Shown piece after piece: positions 34,163-44,436 of a DNA stretch of 64,000 nt. The position numbers and the translations under genes are program-made. Position 1 is the stretch's first letter. Each line of letters starts with the position of its first letter. The DNA comes from Tetramitus jugosus. Its lineage: Eukaryota; Protista; Heterolobosea. The notes below the pieces were generated by a model. The model worked only from the letters and a program-made list of their open reading frames with translations, did no database searches and was not told the origin of the DNA. The stretch lies in the NCBI GenBank assembly GCA_937625935.1, contig OW569391.1, forward strand, positions 124,001 through 188,000, read 5' to 3'.

Positions 34163-35083
34163 TTAGAGAGGAATATTTATGATTTGCTTTGCTCTTAATT
34201 GAATCATGGGAATGAGTCTCTGAGGATCGTCCATGGCTGCTGGATCTCTTACAAACAGTGCATTCTTCTTGGCAATGTCTTCCCATGAACTCTCATGCCA
34301 ACTGAACTCTCTGACGACCACCTTTGATTGGAAGTCATGGTAGAGACGTGTGTCAATAATACGCACACAAACACCATCGACTCTCATAAAGAACCGCAAC
34401 AGACAAAAGAATCCATGACTCATCACTCTTGTTTTTACATTGATCCTGCTCTCGCCATGATCATGAAGCTCATCCTGATACAACAAAATGTCATCATAAA
34501 ACAGAATGTCATCATGTTGCATCAATCGTTCAAAATTAATGTTTTCCAATGGATGTCCCTTCTGTAACCACTGATCATGGCTCTCTTGTATCTCTTGTTC
34601 AGTGAGCTTTGTGCCATTGTGTTCAATTGTGCCTCTGTACAAGGTTGTAAACGTCCAATCAATATTGTCTTGGCGCTCTTCAATTTTTTCTCCGACCACG
34701 GGATCGGAAGATTTTGTCGGCACAGAAGTTGGCGCCAAAGTAGCTTGAGTCGCAAATTGGTTCGACAATTCACTCGAAGTACTTGGCGGCAAAATTTTAT
34801 CGCTCCATGCACAACCAACCTTTACGTTCGGAATTTTGTGGGCATTGAGAATGTGAGATTTGGCAGCTTCCAATGCATCATACGCATTGAACGACAAACA
34901 AAAACCATTATCTCCATTGGCAAAAGTCAAATGAGAGTTAAAAACCATCTCTGGCATAGCAAACACTTGAAGACGCTCAGTAAAGTCATCCAATTCTTGT
35001 GCGTTGAGAATGGGAGTTGTTACACTGGACATTTTCCATCCCTTCAGATCATAGTTTTTTGTTTTGTTTGGTACTGATGTCAT
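34163..35083 (-). CDS. TIP41: TIP41/TIPRL PP2A regulator
   Basis: MPEMVF, DWTFTTLYRGT, ILFYDDILLYQDELHDHG, LLRFFMRVDGV..IDTRLYH. Confidence 0.93.
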   Translation of the reverse strand: MTSVPNKTKNYDLKGWKMSSVTTPILNAQELDDFTERLQVFAMPEMVFNSHLTFANGDNGFCLSFNAYDALEAAKSHILNAHKIPNVKVGCAWSDKILPPSTSSELSNQFATQATLAPTSVPTKSSDPVVGEKIEERQDNIDWTFTTLYRGTIEHNGTKLTEQEIQESHDQWLQKGHPLENINFERLMQHDDILFYDDILLYQDELHDHGESRINVKTRVMSHGFFCLLRFFMRVDGVCVRIIDTRLYHDFQSKVVVREFSWHESSWEDIAKKNALFVRDPAAMDDPQRLIPMIQLRAKQIINIPL

Positions 35084-35196
35084 GATGGTGATATTTGTTT
35101 GTTTACACGCGTTCTGGTTGTTTGCTTTTGCTTTTTTTTGTTTGTTTTTCGGTGGCAGAGCTTTTCGGAGAATCAACAAGAAAATCAAACAAGATC

Positions 35197-35685
35197 ATGC
35201 GCGCCTTTTCTTATGTGCTACTGTTGTTGATTGGAGCTTTGCTCTCGATATCAGTGTTGCTTGTGCAGGCGAATGAGCAACAACAACCAGAACAAGAAAG
35301 ATTGACTCCAGAGCAATGTCAAAGCTATGGTTTCGTCTCAGAAGAGTTACCTTGTGGTGTCTGTAAAGCCTTTAGTACGTTTGTGAGCGATAGCACATTG
35401 ATTTCGCAGTGTAATGCCTGTTGTACAACTTCCTTGGACGGTCAGAAAAAGTACAAGAAGGCTTTGCTCGAAGTTTGTCATATGAGGCTTCAAACTCTGC
35501 CTGAGCTACAACATTTCATTTCCAAGAGAGCAAACTTGTTCAAGAACTTGAGAATCAGTTACAAGTACAATGCTAATCCTAGCTTATCAATGGAGCAGAC
35601 GAACAGTGCTAAGGTTGATAAGATGCCGATCGATAAGTGGTCGAACGATGACATTTTCAATTATTTATCACAATCCATTAATTAA
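35197..35685 (+). CDS. Sep15/SELENOF-family ER protein without selenocysteine
   Basis: Signal peptide, Cys-rich CQSYGF..CGVC..CNACC domain, ALLEVCHMRL at the CxU position. Confidence 0.8.
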   Translation: MRAFSYVLLLLIGALLSISVLLVQANEQQQPEQERLTPEQCQSYGFVSEELPCGVCKAFSTFVSDSTLISQCNACCTTSLDGQKKYKKALLEVCHMRLQTLPELQHFISKRANLFKNLRISYKYNANPSLSMEQTNSAKVDKMPIDKWSNDDIFNYLSQSIN

Positions 35686-35745
35686 AGTCCCTTGCGTTTG
35701 TTGATTGTATTAATCGTTGTCCATCTGTGTGCCTGACAATCTAGT

Positions 35746-36921
35746 TTATTGCTGATGATTTGTAAAGAACAAACATAAGAAGAGACTCACAGTTGCCATT
35801 AAGGGAGCTGATAGAGTCAGGAGAAGTGATGGGCTAGTGGGTAGAGATCCTCCTGATACAATGTCTTTCATGAGTCGAGTAGCCACGATATCTGGCGAGG
35901 GAATGCCATGCTGATCTGGCGAGTTACCAATCAGTGAGTGTTGTACAGAATTAAGTTCAATTATTTGTGGTTCAAATAATTCTGGCTCTAGCAATGACAG
36001 TATAAGGAGAGGATCGTAGGGATACGAGATATTGTTCATACTATCGAACCACTTATCCTTTGTTTGGTGTTCTTCTGGTATCTTATAGATTCGATAGAGC
36101 AGATCGGGGGCACTATCCCACATGGATTCAAGAGCCTTTCGTAGATAGCTCAAGATATGTATCGGCGCTCCATTGGAGTCACTCAATGATTCGAATAAGC
36201 TCTTGGGTATTGGAACACGATAGGCAGCATATTTTCCCAAACTAACAAACGGAACCTTGTGATTTTGGAGATTACTAAACACTACACGAGATGCAAATTG
36301 GTCTTCTCTCATATTATAACTATTCTGTACATCAGGTTCCAATCGATCGCCAATAGGAACTACAATCTGTCCTTGGATATACAAACGCCGTATATTTCTT
36401 GCAAAGTATGGATCTTTCATGATAGCATTAGACAATGGTGTTAACGGACCAATGATCATTACATTCACCATTCCTGCATTCTTATTTACAGTGTCAATAA
36501 TGAATTGAGAGGCATCTTCATCAACTTGTTGTTGCTCAGTACTCCTCTCCCATTCAGGAATCAACTCATCTGGCATTGAAAACTCATGGCTTGACCGTAT
36601 ATTTTCATCTCCACTTGGTGCAATGACTCGAATCAGTTTCTGTACATCACGACCGGAGTCACCCATCAACCTTTGAAGGAGTTGTCGAGTCAGAAAAGCC
36701 CGCTTAGCATGCACTCCACCACAAACGACAATGCCTAACAAGTCCACCTTCTTATTTAGATGAGCCAACAGTAAGTACAATGCCAGTACGTCATCAATGT
36801 CTCCACCAATATCTGTGATCAGCAAGACTTTGGATGCAGCATGCTGTTCGTTCATGATGAGAACCAGTTTTTTTGTGCTTTTGGAACTTCTAATACGGAG
36901 ATCTTTCTCCGTTCCATCCAT
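35746..36921 (-). CDS. Nucleoside hydrolase family protein with hydrophobic C-terminus
   Basis: LITDIGGDIDDVLAL Asp-rich motif, IGPLT, YDPL; start codon uncertain. Confidence 0.8.
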   Translation of the reverse strand: MDGTEKDLRIRSSKSTKKLVLIMNEQHAASKVLLITDIGGDIDDVLALYLLLAHLNKKVDLLGIVVCGGVHAKRAFLTRQLLQRLMGDSGRDVQKLIRVIAPSGDENIRSSHEFSMPDELIPEWERSTEQQQVDEDASQFIIDTVNKNAGMVNVMIIGPLTPLSNAIMKDPYFARNIRRLYIQGQIVVPIGDRLEPDVQNSYNMREDQFASRVVFSNLQNHKVPFVSLGKYAAYRVPIPKSLFESLSDSNGAPIHILSYLRKALESMWDSAPDLLYRIYKIPEEHQTKDKWFDSMNNISYPYDPLLILSLLEPELFEPQIIELNSVQHSLIGNSPDQHGIPSPDIVATRLMKDIVSGGSLPTSPSLLLTLSAPLMATVSLFLCLFFTNHQQ

Positions 36922-37023
36922 TTCTTGACACCCGTCGGACAATATCAACGAAAGAAATAAAATTCCAGTTTCCAAAAACAAACAATTCAAGAGCAAACAC
37001 AAGATCCTCTTGAATCAATATTG

Positions 37024-38226
37024 ATGATAAAGTTGATTGATATGAAGAAACAAAGTCGTTTAAGTACCTACCTCAGTTTATTCATTCTCTTTTCACTGTA
37101 TGCTTGTATCTCCGCTTCAAACGGAGAAACATTACAAAATGATAATATCATGGCGCCAAAAGCTACTGTAAAGCTCATGAATGATGAGCTATTAGGGAGG
37201 AGACAACAGCACGAAAAAGTATTGAGATTCATACGGCTCAACAACCAAAAACTCATTGACAAGATCAACAATGATCCAACATCATCGTGGAAGGCCCAAA
37301 GCTATGATCAATTTGAGAACAAGACTCTGTATGACGTGCAATTCTTGTTTGATGCGTTCCAACAATTTAAATATGAAGACGAAAGTCACAATACCAAGCC
37401 AAAAGCAATGGTCGTTGCGACACCATATGCACAAGACTATTTTGCAAAGGTGTTGCCTACGCATTTTGATGCGAGAACGAGGTGGCCACAGTGCATTCAC
37501 CCGATAAGAAGTCAGGGACAATGTGCTTCTTGCTATGCCTTTAGTTCCTCTGGTGTGTTGGGTGATCGTTTTTGTATTGTGTCGAATGGATCTGTGAATG
37601 TTATATTGTCTCCTCAGTATCTAAGTATGTTTTGGAAGAAGAGATTACTGTATCTTTTTGTTGTAATGTTTTTGTAATGGTTGGTTAACTTTTTTATTGA
37701 TTTTTTGTAAACAGTTTCGTGCGACGATAGAAATTTTGGTTGTAATGGTGGAGTGCCCGACACTGCCTGGCAATTCTTGGCCAATACCGGCACATGCTCC
37801 GAGCAATGCTTCCCATATTCATCTGGTTCAGGTAGCGTGCCTGAGTGCAGAGGAAATTGTGTGAATCACTCATCAATGAAAAGATATCGTGCAGATCTTC
37901 GTTCGATTAAGCACTTTAGAGGTGATTTGAATGCAATCATGTACGATATTGCAACTAACGGTCCCGTTCAATCTGGGATGAGAATCTATGAAGACTTCTT
38001 CCAGTACTCCTCTGGTGTTTATAGACATCAGTGGGGAAGTTACGCAGGTGGACACGCCATAAAGATTATCGGTTGGGGTGTCGACAGTTACTCTGGATTG
38101 GATTATTGGATTGTGGCCAATAGTTGGGGCACGGACTGGGGAATGAATGGGTACTATTGGATTGTTAAGGGTCGAGATGAGTGCGAGATTGAGGCGTGCT
38201 GTCTGTCTGGACAACCTCTCTATTAA
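37024..38226 (+). CDS. Cathepsin B-like cysteine protease (intron 37625-37714)
   Basis: FDARTRWP, QGQCASCYAF, LSPQYL|ISCD..GCNGG, GGHAIKIIGWG, ANSWG. Confidence 0.93.
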
Positions 38227-38427
38227 GGATGAGACGGTTGTGAAGAGATTGGCCTTTCTTTCCTATAATCACATGTGATTGTTTGTGCACATTGTCAAAT
38301 GTCGCAACCGGTATTCGGACGTTGTGCTGTTCGTTGGCAGTAAGTCAGTTGTGAACAATTGAACAACTGTTTGTCGACTCGATTTCAATAAGTGTTGTTG
38401 ACGTCAATACAATTAGCATAAATAGTT

Positions 38428-40215
38428 TTATTCTACGTAGAAGCAGTCCGTGTCACTTCGAAGAACCTTGTTTTTTTCAATTTGGCTCTTGGTTGCGATG
38501 GTTAACTCAGTCATAGATGCTACCACTTCAGACAGCATGGAGAAGTTGAGTCGCCCAACATCAGGAGTTTTCTTTAAGCACCTTCCATCGATTTGATACA
38601 CTCGATATTCGATTTCATTGGCGTTGGATTGTGTGTACTGGCGAAGATCAGTGATTCTTGCAATGGTTGTTTTTTCTCCCACTGTGTGTATTCTTACATA
38701 ACTCTTCTTCGAGAATGGTTTACCTTGGAAGAGGAAGCAATCGTACTCTGCCATTGTGGATGTTTTCATTGTTGGTTGTATCCACATGAATTGGATATGC
38801 TCCAAAGAAGCAGATGCATTGGTACTCGACTGTGTTTGATGAGCAGTAGTTATTGTAGCATATGTTGTCTCTTCGTTCCATACTTGTTCAGCTTGTGTCA
38901 GAGGCACTAACTTATTACCAACAATTTTATCAAGACAAATCGCTTGCATTGTGTTATAATCTTCCTTGCTAATATACACAGCCACCTTTTTGTCAATTAA
39001 GTGAATTGGAAGTTCTTCCTTGTACTTTGCATACACACGAGCAAGTTTTTCACCACTAAATTCTCTAAAGACAAACATCATTGCGTTTTCTGTTTGCCTA
39101 AACTCACATATGTGTACAATTTGCTTGTTCACCAGTTTGACAGTGTCACCTAGTCTGAAAATAACAGTCTTCCTCTGTGTAAATGACAAGTTGCTTGTTC
39201 TTCGGAATCCTGTTATGATTTGACACTGTTTCTCCTTCAGATCATATATCCACTCCTCGTTAAACGAGGAACTTGAAGAAGAGTTGGAGTTAGTGCTAGA
39301 TTGACTGTTGGCTACATGTTCGACAATCTCTTGACTGGACTGTTCAACTGCGATTTGTTCTTCTTGTTGCTCTTGCTCTGTTGGCTCTTCAGGTACAGCC
39401 AACAATGTATCAATGTTTGGCGAGAATGCTTTTGTAATCTCAACCACTTGTCCCTCAATTACACATGATTGAATATAGAGCTGGTTAACGATAAAGATAG
39501 AGAGATGATTTGCTCTGTCTAGCACTGATTGATACTTTTCATCTCGTGAAGTGTCATCATATAATATCAGTTTTGTTGTTTCTGTATCGGGTTCTGTGTG
39601 CTCTGGCACAATGACACCACCACCAACAATGATCATTTTCTCAATCAATTGATTCCTGGCCACTTCTGATGAATATAAATGTACCTCAAAACTCAACCCA
39701 GCAAATACTCGAATGTTTTGTTGCATAATGTGCAGCGTCGTGGGTATCTCTTGTCTCACATAATTTGAAGACAAAACACCACGAGGCAACAAAAATCGTT
39801 CAATTTCGCAATTGTCAACAATTGGTATCAAGTGTTGATGTATTGCACATTCTCTCACAAAATTGACATGCAATCTCGGTATCTCATACAGATTGGCAAG
39901 AAAGTAATTCTCAGTCTTGTGAAATGCATCAGACAAGAATAGTATTTGCTTATCACTCAAATTATCTTGTGTCTGAAACTCTATTACTTTGCCTCCATGA
40001 GATACAATCGTCTGGTGCACTTCAGAGTACACATTGGGCGCTACTCCACTGACTACAAAGTTCAATCCGGCGAAAATTTGAGGTACTTTTGTTCTGTTTT
40101 TTCTCCTGGTTGTTCTGCCCTTTCTGCTGACGATGGGAGTCCGTGGTTCCATGGGCTCGATCAGCTCCATTGGCTCATCCTCATTCTCTTGGGTCATCGG
40201 TAGTGACAAATCCAT
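38428..40215 (-). CDS. Tandem BRCT-domain protein with possible BAH-like C-terminal domains
   Basis: IFAGLNFVVSG..HGGKV..FVREC and VFAGLSF..GGGVI..YIQSC BRCT patterns; FRLGDTVKL beta-rich segment. Confidence 0.65.
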   Translation of the reverse strand: MDLSLPMTQENEDEPMELIEPMEPRTPIVSRKGRTTRRKNRTKVPQIFAGLNFVVSGVAPNVYSEVHQTIVSHGGKVIEFQTQDNLSDKQILFLSDAFHKTENYFLANLYEIPRLHVNFVRECAIHQHLIPIVDNCEIERFLLPRGVLSSNYVRQEIPTTLHIMQQNIRVFAGLSFEVHLYSSEVARNQLIEKMIIVGGGVIVPEHTEPDTETTKLILYDDTSRDEKYQSVLDRANHLSIFIVNQLYIQSCVIEGQVVEITKAFSPNIDTLLAVPEEPTEQEQQEEQIAVEQSSQEIVEHVANSQSSTNSNSSSSSSFNEEWIYDLKEKQCQIITGFRRTSNLSFTQRKTVIFRLGDTVKLVNKQIVHICEFRQTENAMMFVFREFSGEKLARVYAKYKEELPIHLIDKKVAVYISKEDYNTMQAICLDKIVGNKLVPLTQAEQVWNEETTYATITTAHQTQSSTNASASLEHIQFMWIQPTMKTSTMAEYDCFLFQGKPFSKKSYVRIHTVGEKTTIARITDLRQYTQSNANEIEYRVYQIDGRCLKKTPDVGRLNFSMLSEVVASMTELTIATKSQIEKNKVLRSDTDCFYVE

Positions 40216-40356
40216 GTTTCCTTTGTTCCTTTTGTTTTTGTTCAAAAATTGAAACGTTACCAGATTTTGGCGCGCAAAACTTTCGCGGTTAGTTCAAGCA
40301 ATTGCTCGAACCCACAACGCTCAAACAAAAACGAAGAGAAACAAGCAAAAATCAAC

Positions 40357-42498
40357 ATGTTGTCATCACCAAACCGAACCAAGCGAAAACAAGCTGTTCC
40401 CCAACCGCTCCATCACACAACTCTCACATCACAACACCCACCTTCATCCTCTTCTCAACACAAAACATCATCTCATTTCATTCGCAATCATCCTAGTAGT
40501 AGTCGGAGTAATCACAACAACAACAAATTGTACAAAAATAATAATACACAAAATAATACACAATTTCATCATCATTCATCCAAACGAAAACGTACCATTG
40601 ATCTCAATCGCTCTTACGATGAAGAAGACGATGAGGATGATGATGATGATAACTACTTTACTACTCCTATTACTACTACTACCACTACTATCAATCATAA
40701 TCACACCAACAATAATAATAGTAGTAGTAAAAATATGAATCAATCAATTGATGAACTATACTACAGTAGTGATGAATATTATCCCAATCCCAATCTTATT
40801 TTTCCACAACAACATGAACGCATCAATAACAATCACACTAGTAGTCATAGTAATAGTAATAGTAGTAATAGATTACATCATCTTTGGAATCATCAAGAAC
40901 AACAATCAATACAAAAACGACAAAGAAGAACAATGAATGATGCATCATTGTCAACGTCATCATCACCTCGATCATCACCTCATCATCATCATTTTTCACT
41001 TCTCATGAAAGAATTTGAAAATCAATGGTCTGCTCAAGAATCTCTCCTGTTATTGAAAGATGACTTGTTTAGTGATGCACTCGATTATTTTCAACAAGAA
41101 CAACAACAATCAGTACAACAACATGAACAACAACATGAACCAGTACAAAAATATCAAAAATCGATTCAATGTTTCGAAAAGGCAATTGACATTGCCAAAA
41201 AGTGTTTACAAAAGTTGATGCATTTGCAAGGAAGAATGAGCACTTTTCTCAAATCATCATATGATCGTCGCAATCATCATGCGCATCATCAGTCAATGAA
41301 TCAACAACAGAAACAACAACAACAACAACAGAAGCAAAAAGTGATAAAATTGTTGAGAAGAGTCAATCAACAAATCAAGGCCATCAACGCTTCCATGGCT
41401 CAAATTTATAACAATTTGGGTCTCGTTTATGAATCGACAGAGCAACCAGAGAATGCGAATAGAGCGATAGAGAGTCTAAGAAGAGCGATTGCACTAGAAC
41501 CACAAAACGTGCGATTTTGGCACAATTTAGGAGTGAGTTATATGAATCAGAAGGAACCATTGAAAGCAATTCATGTGTTTTATCGTGTGATACAGTTGGA
41601 TGCAAATTTTGTAGAATCATATGTCAAGCTGGCAAGTGTGTTGGCCGATCAGAAACAAGTGGAACCGGCGCTTGAAATTTTGAGGAGTGTGAGTGATGAA
41701 GTACCGGATCATCCATTGATTCATCACGAGATGGCACTCATTTATTCAGAGTTGAATGATGTGAAGAGTGCAATGAGACATTATCGCTTGTCTATACGCA
41801 ATAATGATCAATTGCCCGATTCGTACATTAATCTAGGTTCTCTGTGTTTTCAATTGAGAGAGTACGAGGAGGCTGGGAGATTGTTGAAGCGAGCACTGGA
41901 GTTGGATGATCAAAAGTTTGTGAGCTTGTTTGCGATGAGTCAGGTGGAGTTCAAGAGAGGCAATTGGTTGCAGAGTGTAGAGTACTGTGAACGTGCATTG
42001 AAGCTCGAACCATCGAATGCAAACGTATTCTTTCATTTGGGTACATTGAACATGAAGTTGAAGCGATATGATTGTGCCATTAATCATTTTCAGTCTGCGA
42101 TTGAATGTGATCCCAAGTATGCAAGTGCTTTTACTCGAATTGGATGGATAAAGGCGTCAATTTATAACAAGCAGAATGAAGCGGCCAAGTATTACTCTCA
42201 GGCGCTCAGACTGAATCCAGGAGATTTCGAAGCAAAATTGAAACTTGCATTGCTCTGTCTCTCAACAGATTCAGATATTCAAGAAGCGCTCGGTTATTGC
42301 TCTCAGGCAATTAACACCAATCCCTTTAATGAAGAGTGTTACTACGTGCTAGGTGTCATTTATGAAAAGTCATCTGACATTGCACGTGCTGCTTCAAACT
42401 ATGCGATCGTACTAGGTAGGGACCCAACCCACGAAGAAGCAAAAGCAGGATTGTTACGCCTCCGCGCCATGATTAATCAAAATGATACACCAAAATAA
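40357..42498 (+). CDS. TPR-repeat protein with low-complexity N-terminus
   Basis: About 10 TPR motifs (YNNLG..AIALEP, WHNLG, YINLG, FHLG). Confidence 0.88.
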   Translation: MLSSPNRTKRKQAVPQPLHHTTLTSQHPPSSSSQHKTSSHFIRNHPSSSRSNHNNNKLYKNNNTQNNTQFHHHSSKRKRTIDLNRSYDEEDDEDDDDDNYFTTPITTTTTTINHNHTNNNNSSSKNMNQSIDELYYSSDEYYPNPNLIFPQQHERINNNHTSSHSNSNSSNRLHHLWNHQEQQSIQKRQRRTMNDASLSTSSSPRSSPHHHHFSLLMKEFENQWSAQESLLLLKDDLFSDALDYFQQEQQQSVQQHEQQHEPVQKYQKSIQCFEKAIDIAKKCLQKLMHLQGRMSTFLKSSYDRRNHHAHHQSMNQQQKQQQQQQKQKVIKLLRRVNQQIKAINASMAQIYNNLGLVYESTEQPENANRAIESLRRAIALEPQNVRFWHNLGVSYMNQKEPLKAIHVFYRVIQLDANFVESYVKLASVLADQKQVEPALEILRSVSDEVPDHPLIHHEMALIYSELNDVKSAMRHYRLSIRNNDQLPDSYINLGSLCFQLREYEEAGRLLKRALELDDQKFVSLFAMSQVEFKRGNWLQSVEYCERALKLEPSNANVFFHLGTLNMKLKRYDCAINHFQSAIECDPKYASAFTRIGWIKASIYNKQNEAAKYYSQALRLNPGDFEAKLKLALLCLSTDSDIQEALGYCSQAINTNPFNEECYYVLGVIYEKSSDIARAASNYAIVLGRDPTHEEAKAGLLRLRAMINQNDTPK

Positions 42499-42509
42499 AG
42501 TTGGTGTAA

Positions 42510-44357
42510 TCACAACTTTTCGATAGTAATATTCCAATTTCCTCTCTCAAAGTGTGACGAAACAACGCGACACTGCTCTACGTGTGAAAGCAATTCTTCC
42601 AACTCTCCCTGTTTGTACACGTGACAATACCTTTGAAGGACAGTTTCTGACTCTTCCTTGGGTTGTGATGTCGAAGCTGCGGACTTTGATTCGGCAGACT
42701 CCGATTTGTTGAAACGCGAGTGGAAGTGCCAAGGGACCATCGTGTCCTGCTTTTCAAATTTCTTTCTTTCCTGTTCTCCCTGTTCGAGAGCCCAAGCCAC
42801 GACTAGCACCTGACCACCAGGTCTACAGATTCGAATCAACTCACGCAAGAGCTGCAATCGTCGAGCATAACTTGATATGTGATGCATCACGGCAATATTT
42901 ATGACAGCATCAAATACATTGGACCTGTAGGGAAGATAGGTAGCATCTGCCACTCCAACGTCATATCCATACTTTTCGCTGCACACTTCTGCTAGTTTCT
43001 CACTTCGATCCGATGCAACATAATAACAATTGTGCTCCTCGATAACCCTGAGATATTTTCCATTGCCACAACCTACATCAGCAAACAACGACTGTTCAGG
43101 CTGATCGGATATGAATTTGCTTACAGAAGGCCATGGAGAATGTCGTGTATGATCCCAATGCACAGCTACTGTATCATAAAATTTGACCACATACTCATTC
43201 TCAAGTACACTTGGCTTAATATCAGTCTTGTAAGGCAAGAATACAAGTGAGGAATCGCTTTGGGAATCACAATACTTTGGCCACTGGCACTGACATGGAG
43301 GAAACATTTTTGCAATATCTGCAGCAGTCGTAGTAGTCGAGGATTGAGCAGCCTCAATCATTGATGCAATTGGTGTTCGAATTTTTCTAAAGGTAAGCGA
43401 TACTCTCTTGCTTCTGTTCAGCACTCTGCCATCGCTCAGCTCATCACATTTTCGACAATGAATACCATGCCTCCACAAATAACGACTCTCACCAGTCATG
43501 ATCACCAAGGATCGTCTATCAGCGAGAACATGCTTCTTCTCATTGGTCTCAGGGTTGGTAAAATTCATTACAATATCGGATAGGAGACTCAATGAACAGA
43601 TACCATCCTCAAACGGTGAATGAGTATCGATATGTGGCTTGATTCCTTGACCAGGCAAGTACTCATTGATTGTCAACTGATCAGGCACAAACAATTGACA
43701 GTCATTGGCAATTTTTTGAGACAACTCAAGTGTCCATTCAGGCAACTTCTCAATTGGCTTCAGTGGATTGATACGCCTCGTGTTATAATCAAACTCAAAA
43801 CCATAGTGTTTCACTTGTCTGCTCTTCAAGTTATCATTGTACGTGACTTGGTTAGCTATGCAATCCAGGAGATGAGCTTCTTGCTGTTCTGTGATGAAAT
43901 CCTTGATGAGAATGAGGCCTGGAACCACTGATGCCTCTGATAGCTCAATGTGCTCATTCTTGCCGCCACCACTGTCGCTTGCTTCCTCTTGAGGTGCAAC
44001 CGTAAACGCGGCGTTCACACTTGTTGGCGCCATTGTATCCTTCGCGCCAATCAAAGCTTGTTTCACCGCCGAAGCTAATTTTTCCGATTCAAATTGCACA
44101 GCGAACTGGTTCATAAATTTTTGTTGCTGAGGCAGGTCAGAGATGAACACGTCTAGTAACTTGATTTGATCCACTGTGATCTCATCATGGTCACCATTTG
44201 TGAAAAAAGTGGACAAAAATGCAATGACAGATCCTTTGTTCGTTGTGGTCAATGACAGTGCATTGGGTGACTTGGTTGTGAAGAAGAGGCAATCTGTTTC
44301 CTTGTTCACAGGTGCCTTCTTGTACCGCTTAATTTGTTGCTTGTATTTGTTTGACAT
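42510..44357 (-). CDS. ALKBH8: ALKBH8-like tRNA wobble-uridine modifying enzyme (RRM-like, AlkB, Zn, methyltransferase)
   Basis: NEYLPGQGIKPHID, RYLWRHGI, RVSLTFR, CQCQWPKYCD, DVGCGNGKY, IAVMHH, RYCHVYKQGEL. Confidence 0.92.
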   Translation of the reverse strand: MSNKYKQQIKRYKKAPVNKETDCLFFTTKSPNALSLTTTNKGSVIAFLSTFFTNGDHDEITVDQIKLLDVFISDLPQQQKFMNQFAVQFESEKLASAVKQALIGAKDTMAPTSVNAAFTVAPQEEASDSGGGKNEHIELSEASVVPGLILIKDFITEQQEAHLLDCIANQVTYNDNLKSRQVKHYGFEFDYNTRRINPLKPIEKLPEWTLELSQKIANDCQLFVPDQLTINEYLPGQGIKPHIDTHSPFEDGICSLSLLSDIVMNFTNPETNEKKHVLADRRSLVIMTGESRYLWRHGIHCRKCDELSDGRVLNRSKRVSLTFRKIRTPIASMIEAAQSSTTTTAADIAKMFPPCQCQWPKYCDSQSDSSLVFLPYKTDIKPSVLENEYVVKFYDTVAVHWDHTRHSPWPSVSKFISDQPEQSLFADVGCGNGKYLRVIEEHNCYYVASDRSEKLAEVCSEKYGYDVGVADATYLPYRSNVFDAVINIAVMHHISSYARRLQLLRELIRICRPGGQVLVVAWALEQGEQERKKFEKQDTMVPWHFHSRFNKSESAESKSAASTSQPKEESETVLQRYCHVYKQGELEELLSHVEQCRVVSSHFERGNWNITIEKL

Positions 44358-44436
44358 GTTGTTTTTGCGTTTTGGTTTATTTTGCAAAGGAACAAGTAAA
44401 ATGCGAAGAAGAAAGTGACTCCCTAAATGTAAGAGT

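Noticed and set aside
35483-35485. TGA near the Sep15 redox site as a selenocysteine codon
   Set aside because: It is out of frame (CAT ATG AGG) and the reading frame continues with family-like sequence
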